64,000 nucleotides of DNA from Octopus sinensis (lineage: Eukaryota): positions 38,328,464-38,392,463 of the forward strand of contig NC_043011.1 in the NCBI RefSeq assembly GCF_006345805.1, in the 5' to 3' direction. The translations under genes were made by a program, and so were the position numbers. Shown here piece after piece: positions 27,340 to 40,464 of the stretch; positions within the stretch are counted from its first letter, which is position 1, and every line of letters begins with the position of its first letter. Under the pieces are notes generated by a model, which made no database searches, had not been told where the DNA came from, and saw only the letters and a program-made list of their open reading frames with translations.

Positions 27340-28200
27340 GATATTTTGTTTACTTGGGGTTAACCTTAAAATGTAGAACGAAGACGATCATCATCGATAG
27401 ATTCTACTTTTGCATTTCAAAGTGGCAAGAAAGCGGCGGAAACTTACCGGAAGATATTCGCTGCGTATGGAGACATGGAACGTGTGGACCGGAAGTGGTT
27501 TTTAAGATTTCAATCGGGTAATTTTTTTGGTTCAAGTTGCATCTTGCTAAATGTCGCTACACGACCAACATGATTGCAGATACTCTCCGGATATCCAAAT
27601 TAAGTACTGAAAAAAATGTGCTTCAACTCAGGCAGCAGGCTCGATGTTTGTGTGCGAGCATCATTCGAATGTGGCTTACTTCGCTCAATGGATTTCTATC
27701 TGCAATTCGCTGCAGAAACATGGTGAAAACGATACTTAAAAAAAAACAAAAGAAATGAATAAGGACAGACGACGAAAAATAGATCGTCTATAACAATATT
27801 AAGGAGCACTCCTCGATTACGACGACGAGGGTCCCAGCTGATACGATCAACGGAACAGCTTGCTCGTGGAATTAACGTGCAAGTGACTGAGCAATCCACA
27901 GACACAAGTACCCTTAACGTAGTTCTCAGGGAGATTCAGCGTGACACAGAGTGTGACAAGGCCGGCCCTTTGAAATACAGGTACAACTCATTTTTGCCAG
28001 CTGAGTGGACTGGAGCAACGTGAAATAAAGTGTCTTGCTCAAGCACACAACGCATCGCCAGGAGTCGAACTCACGACCTTACAATCGTCAGCCGAATGCC
28101 CTAACCACTAAGCCATGCGCCTTCACTTGTAACAATATGAAGCGCAAACATGAGGGAAGAGCAACGAATAACCACAAACAACCACCAAAGAATGACTTTA
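27340..28200 (+). pseudogene. Degenerate mariner transposase interrupted by a SINE
   Basis: HHR.ILLFAFQSGKKAAETYRKIFAAYG..RKWFLRFQSGNF and TDDEK.IVYNN motifs; the sequence resumes after 28128. Confidence 0.75.
27806..28126 (-). mobile_element. tRNA-derived SINE family D with ~15-bp imperfect TSD
   Basis: Head GAAGGCGCATGGCTTAGTGGTTAGG..GAGTTCGACTCC and CTTGAGCAAGACACT; flanks TAACAATATTAAGGAGC / TAACAATATGAAGCGC. Confidence 0.85.
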
Positions 28201-28295
28201 CATAAAAACGGTTATAGTTCTATATTTAAGAGATGAGGAATTATGTACATTATTCACATTATTTATGGATATTTGTCCTCATCTTGTTTGTTGTT

Positions 28296-28341
28296 AACAA
28301 AACGTTTCGGCTGATATACCCTCCAGCCTTCATCAGGTATC
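28296..28341 (-). ncRNA. Minimal hammerhead ribozyme motif
   Basis: Minus strand: gatac-CTGATGAA-GGCTG(gagggtatat)CAGCC-GAAACGTT-ttgtt; 5-bp stem II and palindromic AACGTT stem III; stem I imperfect in this copy. Confidence 0.72.
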
Positions 28342-28431
28342 TTGGGGAAATTTCGAACCTGGGTTCTCATTTCTAAGATGTTTTTGATGTTGTTGTTGTT
28401 GTTGCTGTTGTTATTATTATTATTATTATTA

Positions 28432-28462
<31 letters not shown>

Positions 28463-28497
28463 TATTACTATTATTATTATATTATTATTATTATTAT

Positions 28498-31200
28498 TCA
28501 GTAGTTTTATTTTTATAGCGTGCTTTCACACTTCACTACCGAGCGCAGCTCTGTGTGCCTTGGGTATGTGCTGTGATTTGTTGTGATGCTCTGATGGTTA
28601 TTGTATGGAAAGTGTTCTGCGTAGGATGTGTGCAGTGCCTAGTAGTGCAATTTTCTGTATGTTATATGGTGTTTGTAAGTCCTGGTGTTTTTGTTATGTA
28701 TTTGTCTGAATATTTTTTTATCATGCCTAATGCACCTACTATGATAGGAATTGTTTCTGTTTTCAGATTCCACATTCTAGTTACCTCTATTTCCAGGTCT
28801 TTGTATTTTGAGAGTTTCTCCATTTCTTTTAGAGACACGTTGTCATCAGCCGGTATTGATACATCAATTAGAAAGCATTTTTTTTCTTCATGATCTCTGA
28901 CAACTATATCTGGTCTGTTGGCCTTAATTTCTCTATCTGTGTGTATCGGCATATCCCAGAGTATGGTTGCTTTCTCGTTTTCTGTGACCTTTTCTAGTGT
29001 GTGCCTATACCATCTTTTTTTTCTGTTGTTATTCCATATGTTGGCATAGCTCCCAATGTATGTAGGTACCAACTCTGTCATGTCTGTGAATATATTCCTT
29101 CTTAGCCAGGACTGGGCAGCTAGAGATAATATGATTTATTGTTTCTTGTCCATCTCCACATATTCTGCAGTTACTTGTAATATTTCTTTTCATTACATGT
29201 TTTTGGTAATTTCTGGTGGGGAGGCTTTGGTCTTGTGCTGCAATTAAAAATCCCTCTGTTTTCTGCTTTGAGTCCTGAGCTTCTCAACCATTGCTGGGAT
29301 TTTTCTTTGTCTATTTCTTTTGCGTTTAGTTTAGTCCAGTATTTACCATGAAGGGGCTTTTCTTGCCATCGTTTTATCATGGTTCGTTGCTGTTCTATTT
29401 TTAGTTTGGATTTCATTTGTTTATAGCTTTTGTTGTTCTTCATCTTCTTCTTCTTCATGTTTATTAGGTGGTATGATTTCTTGTTTGTATTTGTCAGCTT
29501 CCTTAAATACTGAGAACAGTTTTTTGTTTTGCTCGTGTTTTGCCGCTATCTGGATCAGTTTTCCTTCCTTCTGAAGTAGATATTTTTTGCAGTCCTATGG
29601 TGGTTATTTTATAGTAGTTTTCCAGCTGTATAAGGCCTCTACCACCTTATATAATTTGTATATATAGTCTTTCTATGTCAGATTTGGGTGATGCATCCTA
29701 GATCCTGTCATTATTTTTCTTGTTTTCCTATCTATTTTGGTCAGTTTTTCGTGTCCAGTTAAGGATATTGTAGCTGTAACTTATAACTGGGACAGCTAAA
29801 GTGTTTGATACCTATTATCTTGTTTTTAGCATTGAGCTCTGTGTTAGTTGATCTAACTCGTCTATAATATTCTTTTTTTATTTTCTCTTTCATTTGTGTG
29901 TGTGTGTCTTATCTAGTTCTGGATTCCTAAGTATTTGTAAGTTGGCTTTGGTCTAATTCTTTTATTTCATGGTTTTATCTAGTGTGATGTTGTTACTCTT
30001 AACTAGTTTCTCTTTTCATGGTTACTTTGGCGCATTTTTTCTAATCCAAATTTCATATCTATTTCTTTGTAAATCCGAACTGTCTTTAATAGGTTTCCAG
30101 CTGTTTGTCATTTGCAGCGTATAGTTTTAGGTCATCTATATAAAGGTGGTGATCGTTTTGCCGTAACACTTTATATCCGCATCCAGTTCTATTTAGCATA
30201 TCAGATAGAGGCGACAGTGCCAAGCAGAAAAGGAGTGGAGAGAGCGTGTCTCCCTGGAATATTCCTCTTCTAATGGGGATGTCTTTGGTTTTCATGAGTC
30301 CCTCTTTTGTTTGGAGGTGTAGGACTGTTTGCCATTTATTCATAGAGTGCTCTATGAATTTTATGATTGTTGTGCTACTTTGTTAATGGCTAGTGTTTCG
30401 AGGATCCATGTGTGGGGATGCTATCAAACGCCTTTTTGTAGTCATCCAGGCCATACTGAGGCCTTTCTTCTTTCTGTGGCTGTCTTCAGTTATGGCTTTA
30501 TTAATCATTAGTTGATCTTTACAGCCATATGAGCCTTTGCGGCATCTTTCTGCTCTTCTGGGAACAGTTTGTTTTCGTCCAGGTGCTTGTTCAGCCTTGT
30601 GATATCACTGCAGTAATGCCTTGAACATAGTAGGGAGGCAGGTTATTGGTCTGTATTTTCTGGTTTTTCTGTTTCATTTGATTTGGGAATTAAGATGGTT
30701 TTCCCCTTCGTGAGCCATTCAGGCATTGTCTCTGGCTCTGCTAGTACGTTGTTAAAGTTTTCAGCCAGCTTTTTGTGCATTCCTGTTAGATATTTCAACC
30801 AGAAGTTGGGGATCTTGTCATGCCCAGGTGCCTTCCCGTTGCTTAGTCTTTGCAGTGCCTGGGTTCCTCTTCAGTTGTTATGAGGTCCAAAGTGTTCAGA
30901 TGCCGAGTTTGTTATTTTGATACTCCTTTTTTTGGTGGTTCGTTCCGCCGACCATATTTCTCTCCAGAATTCTTCCAATTCTTCTGCCGTGGGCTTGCAG
31001 TGACTTCTATTTTATTTTTGCCCAGTTTTGGTAGAACTTTTTGGGGTTGGAGTTGAACTTTTTGTTTTGTTCAAAGAAGCGTTGGCGTTTCTCGTACCGG
31101 CGGATCCTTTGTGCTTTGGCAAGGATATCTTGCTTCAGCTTTTCTTTATTTCAGGCAAATCTTTCTCTGTGATGTTATATTTGCGGAGTATTTTTGTTCT
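28498..31200 (-). mobile_element. R4/Dong-clade (RLE) non-LTR retrotransposon, 5'-truncated and frameshifted, inserted in (TAA)n
   Basis: RT motifs IPIRRGIFQGDTLSPLLFCLAL and HLYIDDLKLYA; WQEKPLHG; restriction-like endonuclease ILWDMPIHTDREIKANRPDIVV..LIDVSIP..KLSKYKDL; (TTA)n on both sides. Confidence 0.9.
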
Positions 31201-31265
31201 CTTTTGTTGTTTCTTTCCTCTCTTCTTCTTCTTCGTCTTCTTCTTCTTCTTCGTTATTATTATTA

Positions 31266-31323
<58 letters not shown>

Positions 31324-32599
31324 TCACTGCCTGGAATCGAACTCAGAATCTTGGGGTTAAGAGTGGCTAACACATCGGGGGTGGGGAGAAAGAGAGAGAT
31401 AATCATATGCTTGTATGTATGCATATAAGTGTGTGTAAATATATATATGTGTGTGTGTGTGTGTGTGTATTAGAGGTCTACCAATCCACCACACAGGATA
31501 TATATATATATATATAATTTTAATAAGCCAGGTAAGGATGAAAGGAACAACTTGACCTGAGCAGATGTTGAACTCAGTCTGTTGATAGTCGGAAGAAATT
31601 CCACGAGGAAAGTGATCCAATATTTTAATGAACCTGTTTATTTATTGTTTATTTTGTATAATATACTTTTATATAAATTAATTGTTACCGCCATATTAAT
31701 ATGGCATTCTTATAGATATAAGAATAATCGCTGCCGCTGGTCAGCTCCATGAGGCCACCGCCATCAAGATAGCTATTGATACACGATCTGTATCCATTAT
31801 AACCTTCGAACATATATTCTAACACAAGGCCATTGATTCTGAGGAAGCGTTTTCCGAAAAGATGAACGCAAATATTCCTTGGTGAAATTTGAACTCAGAA
31901 AGTGAAGAGCCGGAAGATATGCAGCTAAAGCATTTTGTCCGACGCACTGGCTATTCTACCAGCTCACCGCCTTTGAGGCTAAGAGAACTAAAAGAAAAAA
32001 AGAGAGATTAAAACAATAAAACAGCGGCATACACGGGTTTTCTGTTTCACTGGCTTCGGTTATTAAGATGTGGAGGTGTTCGGGAAATTAAATTACGAAG
32101 AAATATAAAACATTGGATAAAGACTAGATCCAGATAAAGATAAGTCAGGATGCAAAGAAACCAAGATTAAAATAAGCTAAGATGATATACAAAGATTAAA
32201 ATCTACCGAGATAAATACGATAAATATAAACTTCGGGTTTACTGTTTATTCTAGCTTTTCTCTTTGCTATCGTTTTCTGTTTTTTAAGGTGGTTAGCTTA
32301 GCTCCACTAGTTTTAAGGTGGGAAAACGAAAATAAGAGTTAAATCGAATCGTGCATCACATGTCAGTTCATATCAGGATAGATTTCCAGAGGATCCGATA
32401 CCTTTACTTGTCAGATAAGGTGAAATACACCATGGGTGGCATGTGCAGTATATAATCTGTAGTAAAGATCTCTTCAGCTGGCTCTGAAATATTCCGTCCA
32501 ATTCTACAGATAAATGATAGAATGTGATATGATTTAAATATTATACAGATGAGGCAAATACGAGATAAAGATGAAAGCATTGCTTTAATTATAATACCG

Positions 32600-32600
32600 T

Positions 32601-32689
<89 letters not shown>

Positions 32690-32775
32690 CAGATAAATAG
32701 ACTGATAGATAGACAGATAGATAGATAGACAAATAGATAGACAGATAGATAGACATATAGATAGACTGATAGATA
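32600..32775. repeat. (GATA)n microsatellite
   Basis: Direct reading. Confidence 0.95.
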
Positions 32776-32846
32776 AAATAATCAGAAATCTGTCACTGTT
32801 AAAGTTTTCGAATCTCTTCTACTGCTGCTACTACTATTATTAATAC

Positions 32847-32882
<36 letters not shown>

Positions 32883-33179
32883 CAGTGTTACTGCTAATGC
32901 TAACACAACTACTTTCCTAGTACAAATCAACGTGAAGGACTTTTGTGGCTATTCTATCTGCTAGAGATAACAGCTAAAGCTTCCTTTCAAACCACCATAT
33001 TGTCTTAATTATGTTTTCAAAATTTGACAAAATACCAACAATTTTGATGGCATGGGAGTTTGTTGATACCACCCCACCCCTGTATATGACAGGAGTATGA
33101 TTGTTTATCGCTCTCCGAGGATTGAAAAGTTGACATCAAGTTTGAACTCAGAACATATGCTGTCTTAACAGCCGTTTCT

Positions 33180-33850
33180 CATATTGGTATAAGGCCTGAG
33201 AGTTAGGTGGGGAAGTGAAGAGGTTAGTCCATCACATCGATTGTAGTGCTCCACTGGAACTTATTTTATCGACCCCAAAAGGATGAAATACAAAGCTGAC
33301 CTCGTTAGAATTTGAACTCAGAACGTAAAAACGGTATTTTTTCCGCTACGCTAAGGATTGTGCCGACTCGCCGCATTAATATGCTATCATAACAATGGAA
33401 AGATACAACTGCCGCATCCGGTAGGACATGATATGAAATATACTACAGTTGTAATGATAAAAATCCTTTCTAGTATAGGCACAAGGCCTGAAATTTTGGT
33501 TCAGGGGCGACTAGTTGATCACATCCCTACTAGAGATCAACTGGTACTTATTTCATTGATTGTGAAAGGATGAAAGGCAAAGTCGACCTCGGCGGAATTT
33601 GAACTCAGAAAGTAGTGATAGACGAGATACCACTAAGCATGTCACCCGGGCGCTATCCTGCCAGCTCGCCGTCTTGAATAATAATAATAACAATAATAAT
33701 AATAATAATAATAATCTTTTCTATTAATACTACAGGTCTTAAATTTTAGAGGGAAAAGACCAGTTGATCATATTGACAACAGTGCGTAACTTTATGCACC
33801 CCGAAAGGAGAAAAGTCAAAGTCGAACCCGGCAGGAATTTGAACTCACGA
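33180..33850 (-). mobile_element. Three diverged SINE family B copies
   Basis: GATGAAAGGCAAAGTCGACCTCGGCGGAATTTGAACTCAGAA-like blocks at ~33280, ~33570 and ~33810. Confidence 0.75.
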
Positions 33851-33862
33851 CGTGAAGCCAAT

Positions 33863-34105
33863 GAAGAAGAAGAAGAAGAAGAAGAAGAAGAAGAAGAGAA
33901 GAAAGAAGAAGAAGAAGAAGAAGAAGAAGAGAAGAAGAAGAAGAAGAAGAAGAAGAAGAAGAAGAAGAAGAGAAGAAGAAGGAAGAAGAAGAAGAAGAAG
34001 AAGAAGAAGAAGAAGAAGAAGAAGAAGAAGAAGAAGAAGAAGAAGAAGAAGAAGAAGAAGAAGAAGAAGAAGAAGAAGAAGAAGAAGAAGAAGAAGAAGA
34101 AGAAG
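33863..34105. repeat. (GAA)n microsatellite
   Basis: Direct reading. Confidence 0.95.
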
Positions 34106-34259
34106 ACAACGACGATAACACAATAACAACAGCTGTAACGCATCGGAAAAACAACCACTTGCTTCCATACTTCTGTCTCCAGTTCAGATATATTATTGTT
34201 CCGAATCTCTTTTACCATCTACGGTTTCTTTCAAAAGAAGAAGATGATGATGAAGAAAA

Positions 34260-35128
34260 TGTTTGTGTGTCCTTGTTTGTCCCCTCTCTGTTTAGCTCCT
34301 TGTGGGTAGTAAAGATATAGGTATTTCGTCTGCTGCTACGTTCTGAGTTCAAATTCTGCCGAGGTCGACTTTGCCTTTTATCCTTTCAGGGTCGATTAAA
34401 TAAGTATCAGTTACGCACTGGGGTCGATATAATCAACTTAATCCGTGTGTCTCTCCTTGTTTGTCCTCTCTGAGTTTGGCCCCTTGTGGGTAGTAAAGAA
34501 ATAGGTAATTATAATTCCTTTTACATAAGGCGCCGAGTTGGCAGAAACGTTAGAACGACGGGCCAAATCCTTAGCATTATTTCGTCTGCTGTTACGTTCT
34601 GAGTTCAAATTCCGCCGAGGTCGACTTTGCCTTTCATCCTTTCGGGGTCGATTAAATTACCAGTTACGCACTGGAGTCGATATAATCGACTTAATCCGTT
34701 TGCCTGTCCTTGTTTGTCCCCTCTGTATTTAGCCCCTTGTGGGTAGTAAAGAAATAGGTATTTCGTCTGCTGCTACGTTCTGAGTTCAAATTCCACCGAG
34801 GTCGACTCTGCCTTTCATCCTTTCGGGGTCGATAAATTCAGTACCATTTACGCACTGGAGTCGATGTAATCGACTTAATCCCTTTGTCTATCATTATTTG
34901 TCCCCTTTATGTTTAGCTCCTTCTGGGCAATAATGAAATAAGAAACGTTAGCTCACCGGGCAAAATGCTTTGCGGTGTTTTGTCTGTCTTTATGTCTTGA
35001 GTTCAAATTCTGCTGAGGTATACTTTCGGAGTCGATAAATTAAGTACCAGTTGCTTACTGGGGTCGATCTGATCGACTGCCCCCCTCCCCAAACATTTCG
35101 GTCCTTGTGCGTAGAGTAGAAAAGAATA
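34260..35128 (+). mobile_element. Tandem SINE family B array
   Basis: Four consecutive core units separated by the TTTAGCCCCTTGTGGGTAGTAAAGAAATA block. Confidence 0.85.
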
Positions 35129-35554
35129 ATTCCTTCTAAATTGTTACAAGGTCAGCAAATTTGTGGAGAAGGATACGCTAATCTCAGCGCTTGACTGATA
35201 GTTTATTTTAACAATCCTGAGAAAAAAAATCGATGGTAAATTTAACGTTGGCAGAATTTGAACTCGGGTTTTAAAGAGCCGGAAGAAATGCAGCCAAGCA
35301 TTTTGTTCGATGCGCTGACCATTCTGTCATCTTGCCTCCCTCGGGTTCTGCTTTAGGCACAAAACCTGCAATTTTTAGGGGTATGGGCTAATCGATATCA
35401 TCAATCCCAGTAGCTGACAGGTATTTTTATTGTGTCAAACCACACCGGAAATGTTAAATGCAAATGTTGACAACTCAGACGAGACCACCGCGGCTGACGA
35501 TTTTTCACGACAGTTAGACTTATTCTACGCCGATAGTGTACATCAGCTACTACA

Positions 35555-35559
35555 AGAAG

Positions 35560-35647
<88 letters not shown>

Positions 35648-35708
35648 CGTCGTCGTCGTGGTCGTGGTGCCGCCGGCGCTGCTGATTATGGTGATGATAC
35701 TACTACTA

Positions 35709-35748
<40 letters not shown>
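35555..35748. repeat. Compound (GAA)/(GTA)/(CTA)/(CTG) microsatellite
   Basis: Direct reading. Confidence 0.9.
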
Positions 35749-36970
35749 AAATATTTCGCATTTAAAACGCAATAAACTACAGGATTAAATAAATAAACAA
35801 ATATACTTAATTATCGAAAATATGATTTTTTTTTTATAAATGGAAATTCTGGAAGACTAATTTCTAGTGACATGTAATTTTTTCTCCCTATATTTTAAGT
35901 GCGTTTTCGCATAATTTTCAATATATTAATTTCGATTTCCTCTTTTTTTTTCTCTCCCAATTTTCCTGATTCTTTAATTCTAGAATGTTGTATTTACTTT
36001 TAGGGGTTTTTTTTCCTATGTAGGAGGAGTTTTTTTCTTTCCGTCTTTACTCAGATAATAAATAAAATTTCGTGTAAAGATGACATGTTATGTGAGAAAT
36101 TTTCATTTTATATTAGCAATAATTTAGATTAATTTGTAAATTAATTTAAAATATTAATCTAGTATTTTGACACATGAATATAAGGTTCTCTTACGGCTGC
36201 CAGCTGGCGAATCGTTAGCACGTTGGGCAAAATACTGAGCGGCATTTTGTCTGTCTCCATGACTTGAGTTCAAATTCCGCCGAGGTCTACTTTACCTTTC
36301 ATCACTCAATACATCGCTTAAACAAGTAACAGTTGCTCACTGATGTCGATGTAGCCAACTTAGCCCGCCCCTAAAATTGCTGGCCCTGTACCAAAGTTTG
36401 AAACGTTATAAGGTCCTCTTTTGCCTTTCTCCTCATCCCCTTCCTCCTGTGCCTATACTACAAAGTAGTATAGGTATATACTACAAAGTAGTATAGGTAC
36501 AAAACTAGAAATCTAGTGAGAAGAAGCTCAACTGGTACCCATTTTATCAACTCAATTGGTACCCGTTTAATCGACTCGACTGCTACCCGTTTCATCGACT
36601 CAACAGGTACCCGTTTCATCGACCCCGATAGAGAAAAGGCAAGGTCGACTTCTAAGGCATTTGATGTGTGAACGTAAAACCAGAAGATATAGCGCTATGC
36701 ATTTTGTCCGGCATATTGATTACTTTGCTAGCTCCTCCCTTCGTTTTAAAATCCTTTTTGCCATAGGTACAAGGCCCGAAATGTTTTGGGGGGGAGGGCA
36801 GGGCTAGTCTTGTTGATTAAATCACCCCCCAGTGCGTAACTCATATTATCGATGCGTAAATGACGAAATGCATAGTCGACCTCGGTGGAAATTGAACTCA
36901 GAACTAAAGACGATGACCGGTGACATTACGCTAAATCACTACTACTACAATTACAACAACTAGTACTTGA

Positions 36971-37347
36971 AGCACTCCGTCGGTTACGACGACGAGGGTT
37001 CCGGTTGATCCGAATCAACGGAACTGCCTGCTCGTGAAATTAGCGTGTAAGTGGCTGAGCACTCCACAGACACGTTTACCCTTAACGTAGTTCTCGGGGA
37101 TATTCAGCGTGACACAGAGAGTGACAAGGCCGGCCCTTTGAAATACAGGTACAACAGAAACAGGAAGTAAGAGTGAGAGAAAGTTGTTGTGTGAAAGAGT
37201 ACAGCAGGGATCACCACCATCCCCTGCCGGAGCATCGTGGAGCTTTAGGTGTTTTCGCTCAATAAACATCACAACGCGGTCTGGGAATCGAAACGCGATC
37301 CTATGACCGCGGGTCCGCGCCCTAACCATTGGGCCATTGCGCCTCCA
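36971..37347 (-). mobile_element. SINE with family C head and family D-type tail
   Basis: Head GGAGGCGCAATGGCCCAATGGTTAGG; tail ..CCCTCGTCGTCGTAACCGACGGAGTGC as at 27806. Confidence 0.85.
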
Positions 37348-37684
37348 CAACAACTAGTACTACAACTATTACCACTACTGCTGCTGCTACTATCACCACT
37401 ACTACTATTCTTTTTACACTTAAATCACAGAGATGGTTGTTAGCTCGGCATCAAATGTTGCCAAACATCTTTTGATGATAATTATACGGGTCGTATTTAA
37501 CAGTTTCTTTGCTCGTCAACACCCCAGTACGATTTGAAACCCACCACAGTAGGCTTACTTAATTAATTTAGCATTTGTTGATTATAATTACAATAGAAAT
37601 CTGTATTATTTGTTGCTTCTGTTGTTGTTGCTGTTGATTTCATCATCATCATCATCATCATCATCGTCGTCGTCGTCGTCGTCG

Positions 37685-37721
<37 letters not shown>

Positions 37722-37758
37722 TATTATTATTATTATTATTATATTATTATTATTATTA

Positions 37759-37792
<34 letters not shown>

Positions 37793-38510
37793 GCTTCAGT
37801 AGCCGCCATTCAGTTTTGCTCGATCAGATATATGATGTTACGAAGATGGTTGATTCGTTTATCAGTAATCAGTAAACTTTTCCTATTGTTCTTGTTATTG
37901 CCAATGTCCTTCAAGCTGGTAGGAATGTTACAATTGATAAGCATATATCGAAAATATCCAATCAGATATTACAAAAGTTCTGTTTACAACAACGACTTCA
38001 GAGAGATTTAAGCTGAAGCTCACACATCAGAGAAAAAGCCTTGACATCCTGCAACATTTAATTAAACGCTATATTGTCCCTGTTACATATAATTTGTAAT
38101 TTGAGACAACTCTATATTACGAAATCTCATCAACCTCGCCATTATCATTCACCTACATCACTAAAAGCACTTGAGAAAGGTATGGCTACAATATAATATA
38201 TTTCTCCCTTAACATCCACAAATCAAAAATCATTGTTAGTCTGCAATTATATATATCTCTCGTAGTATTAAAAATCTTGTCAAGTCAGTTACATGACTCG
38301 GTTTTAATTATGAGGTGCAGCAAACTACAATTACATTGCTAATGTCCTTAGTGAAAGCATGAACTTCATAGTATCCGGTTCGTATCCCGTAATGCATCTC
38401 ACAGAAGGGGAAACAAACAAAAACCAAAAAAAAATACGAATAAACAATTATTTGTGACTTTGTTAGAAATTACTGCTATACGATGAAACGCAAAGTGTTT
38501 TCTAAAACAA

Positions 38511-38602
<92 letters not shown>

Positions 38603-38619
38603 GATGATTTATTTGTTTA

Positions 38620-39035
38620 CGACTAAGCGTTTATACATAGACAAAGCACGGTAGAAGGACGATGTCATCATATTATGAGAGATTAGATGAATGCGTGTAA
38701 ACGAAGAAATACCAAAAAAAAAAAAAACATAATAAAACTAAATAGTTCGAACGAGAAAAAAATTCTCTTGTGAAAACACGGTAAACCCACGGTCGCCTTG
38801 ACCACTAGAATAACTGACCTCTCTTCATCTCAAGATGCATATTCAGAGCAGGACTGTTCACCCGGACCATACTCGAAACATTCATCCACCTTTCACCAAA
38901 TTTGCAGGAAGGTGGCGCTGCTTCCTTCTCAACCTTCACTTTCCTTTTGACAAGGACTTGGCCAAACAGAAGGTGTCTGATTTCAACCCTTTCAATCTTG
39001 TCCACCACACAACGTCCTTCATTAAAGCCACCAAA
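38620..39035 (-). mobile_element. Diverged 3' fragment of a second Tx1-clade LINE next to (GAT)n
   Basis: Frameshifted VALMKDVVWWTRLKGLKSDTF / KRKVKVEKE..KFGERWMNVSSMVRVNSPALNMHL aligns with the C-terminus of the 4386 ORF; the UTR motif CCACGGT..CCTTG is shared. Confidence 0.8.
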
Positions 39036-39429
39036 AAAAAATAAATGCTACCGGCTTTTGCGGTTAGTTGTATCTGTCCTACACGCGACAGCACGTTTTC
39101 AAGATAATCCAACAAATCAGCAACGCTCAGAAACTGGATGAGAGCACGCAGAACAGTTTCGTCTCTACCACAATGCTATTGGATGACATGCATCTGCTTT
39201 CCATAATTGGTATTTAATATTTGTATCTGTAAAATGCCGGAGGGATTGACATATACACATGAACGCACTTTCATATGCACTCACATATGCACACACACAC
39301 ACACACACACATACACACATATTCACACACAAACGTACGAACATGCACATTCACACACATGCACATATATATCTATCAAGTGGCCTTCCCTTGGATAAGT
39401 CCCGTGCATATGAAAATCTCCGGCAGTTT

Positions 39430-39830
39430 CTAACATCTGCTGTCCTCTTCATTGAATGATATAACATACCCGATCTAATATCGTCAATAACCCTCGCTCT
39501 CTTCCAAGCTCTAAGTCTTCTCCCCTCTATCACTGCCTGCAGAAGTCATCTGTCATTATAATATAGTTTATCCATCCTGCTTTCTTTCTCCTAATTGTAT
39601 CCATAATGGGTCACTTCTCTCCAAATCCTTTAAGCCCTTATACATTTCTCACATGGTCCGTCCAGCAGATCTTTTCCAATAGCCTTCAGAACTGTATTTC
39701 ACAACATTCCACTCTCCTAACATCAGCTCTCATGATAGGTCACGTTCCTGATCCACAGATGTGCATTCTCTATATTAGGGTATTCAACTGCTTCACATTT
39801 CAGATCACAGTAGTTCTCCAGCATGAATGG
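39430..39830 (-). pseudogene. RTE-clade LINE 3' remnant
   Basis: EKICWTDHVRNV and LLQAVIEGRR..KRARVIDDIR motifs. Confidence 0.6.
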
Positions 39831-39989
39831 TTACAACGAATAAATAAATATATACATATATATATATATATATATATCCACTTATATATATACTTACACA
39901 TATATATATATATATACATATATACATATATATACACATACAAACATATATACATACTATACATATATATATATATTATATATAATAAT

Positions 39990-40100
39990 AAAATATTAGG
40001 GAGTAAATCCAAACTTACGTAAATCCAAATCTATGTATTGGCTTATGATTTTCACTGTTTGATTTGCCTAATAGTGGTTTTATCTCTAATTTGATATAAT
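39990..40100. mobile_element. Collapsed copy of the 731-1458 family between (TA)n tracts
   Basis: AATATTAGGGAGTAAATCCAAACTTAC (compare 735-760) joined to TATGTATTG..AATAGTGGTTTTATCTC (compare 1391-1443). Confidence 0.6.
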
Positions 40101-40106
40101 ATATAT

Positions 40107-40140
<34 letters not shown>

Positions 40141-40144
40141 ATAT

Positions 40145-40195
<51 letters not shown>

Positions 40196-40290
40196 ATATA
40201 TATATATATTATATATATATATTAATATATATATATATATATATAATATATATGTATATATATATATATATACATACATATATATATACA

Positions 40291-40337
<47 letters not shown>

Positions 40338-40372
40338 TATATATATATACATACATATATATATATATATAT

Positions 40373-40464
<92 letters not shown>

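Noticed and set aside
36528-36628. CRISPR-like short repeats
   Set aside because: Contiguous tandem units without spacers, derived from a SINE; eukaryotic context and no cas genes.
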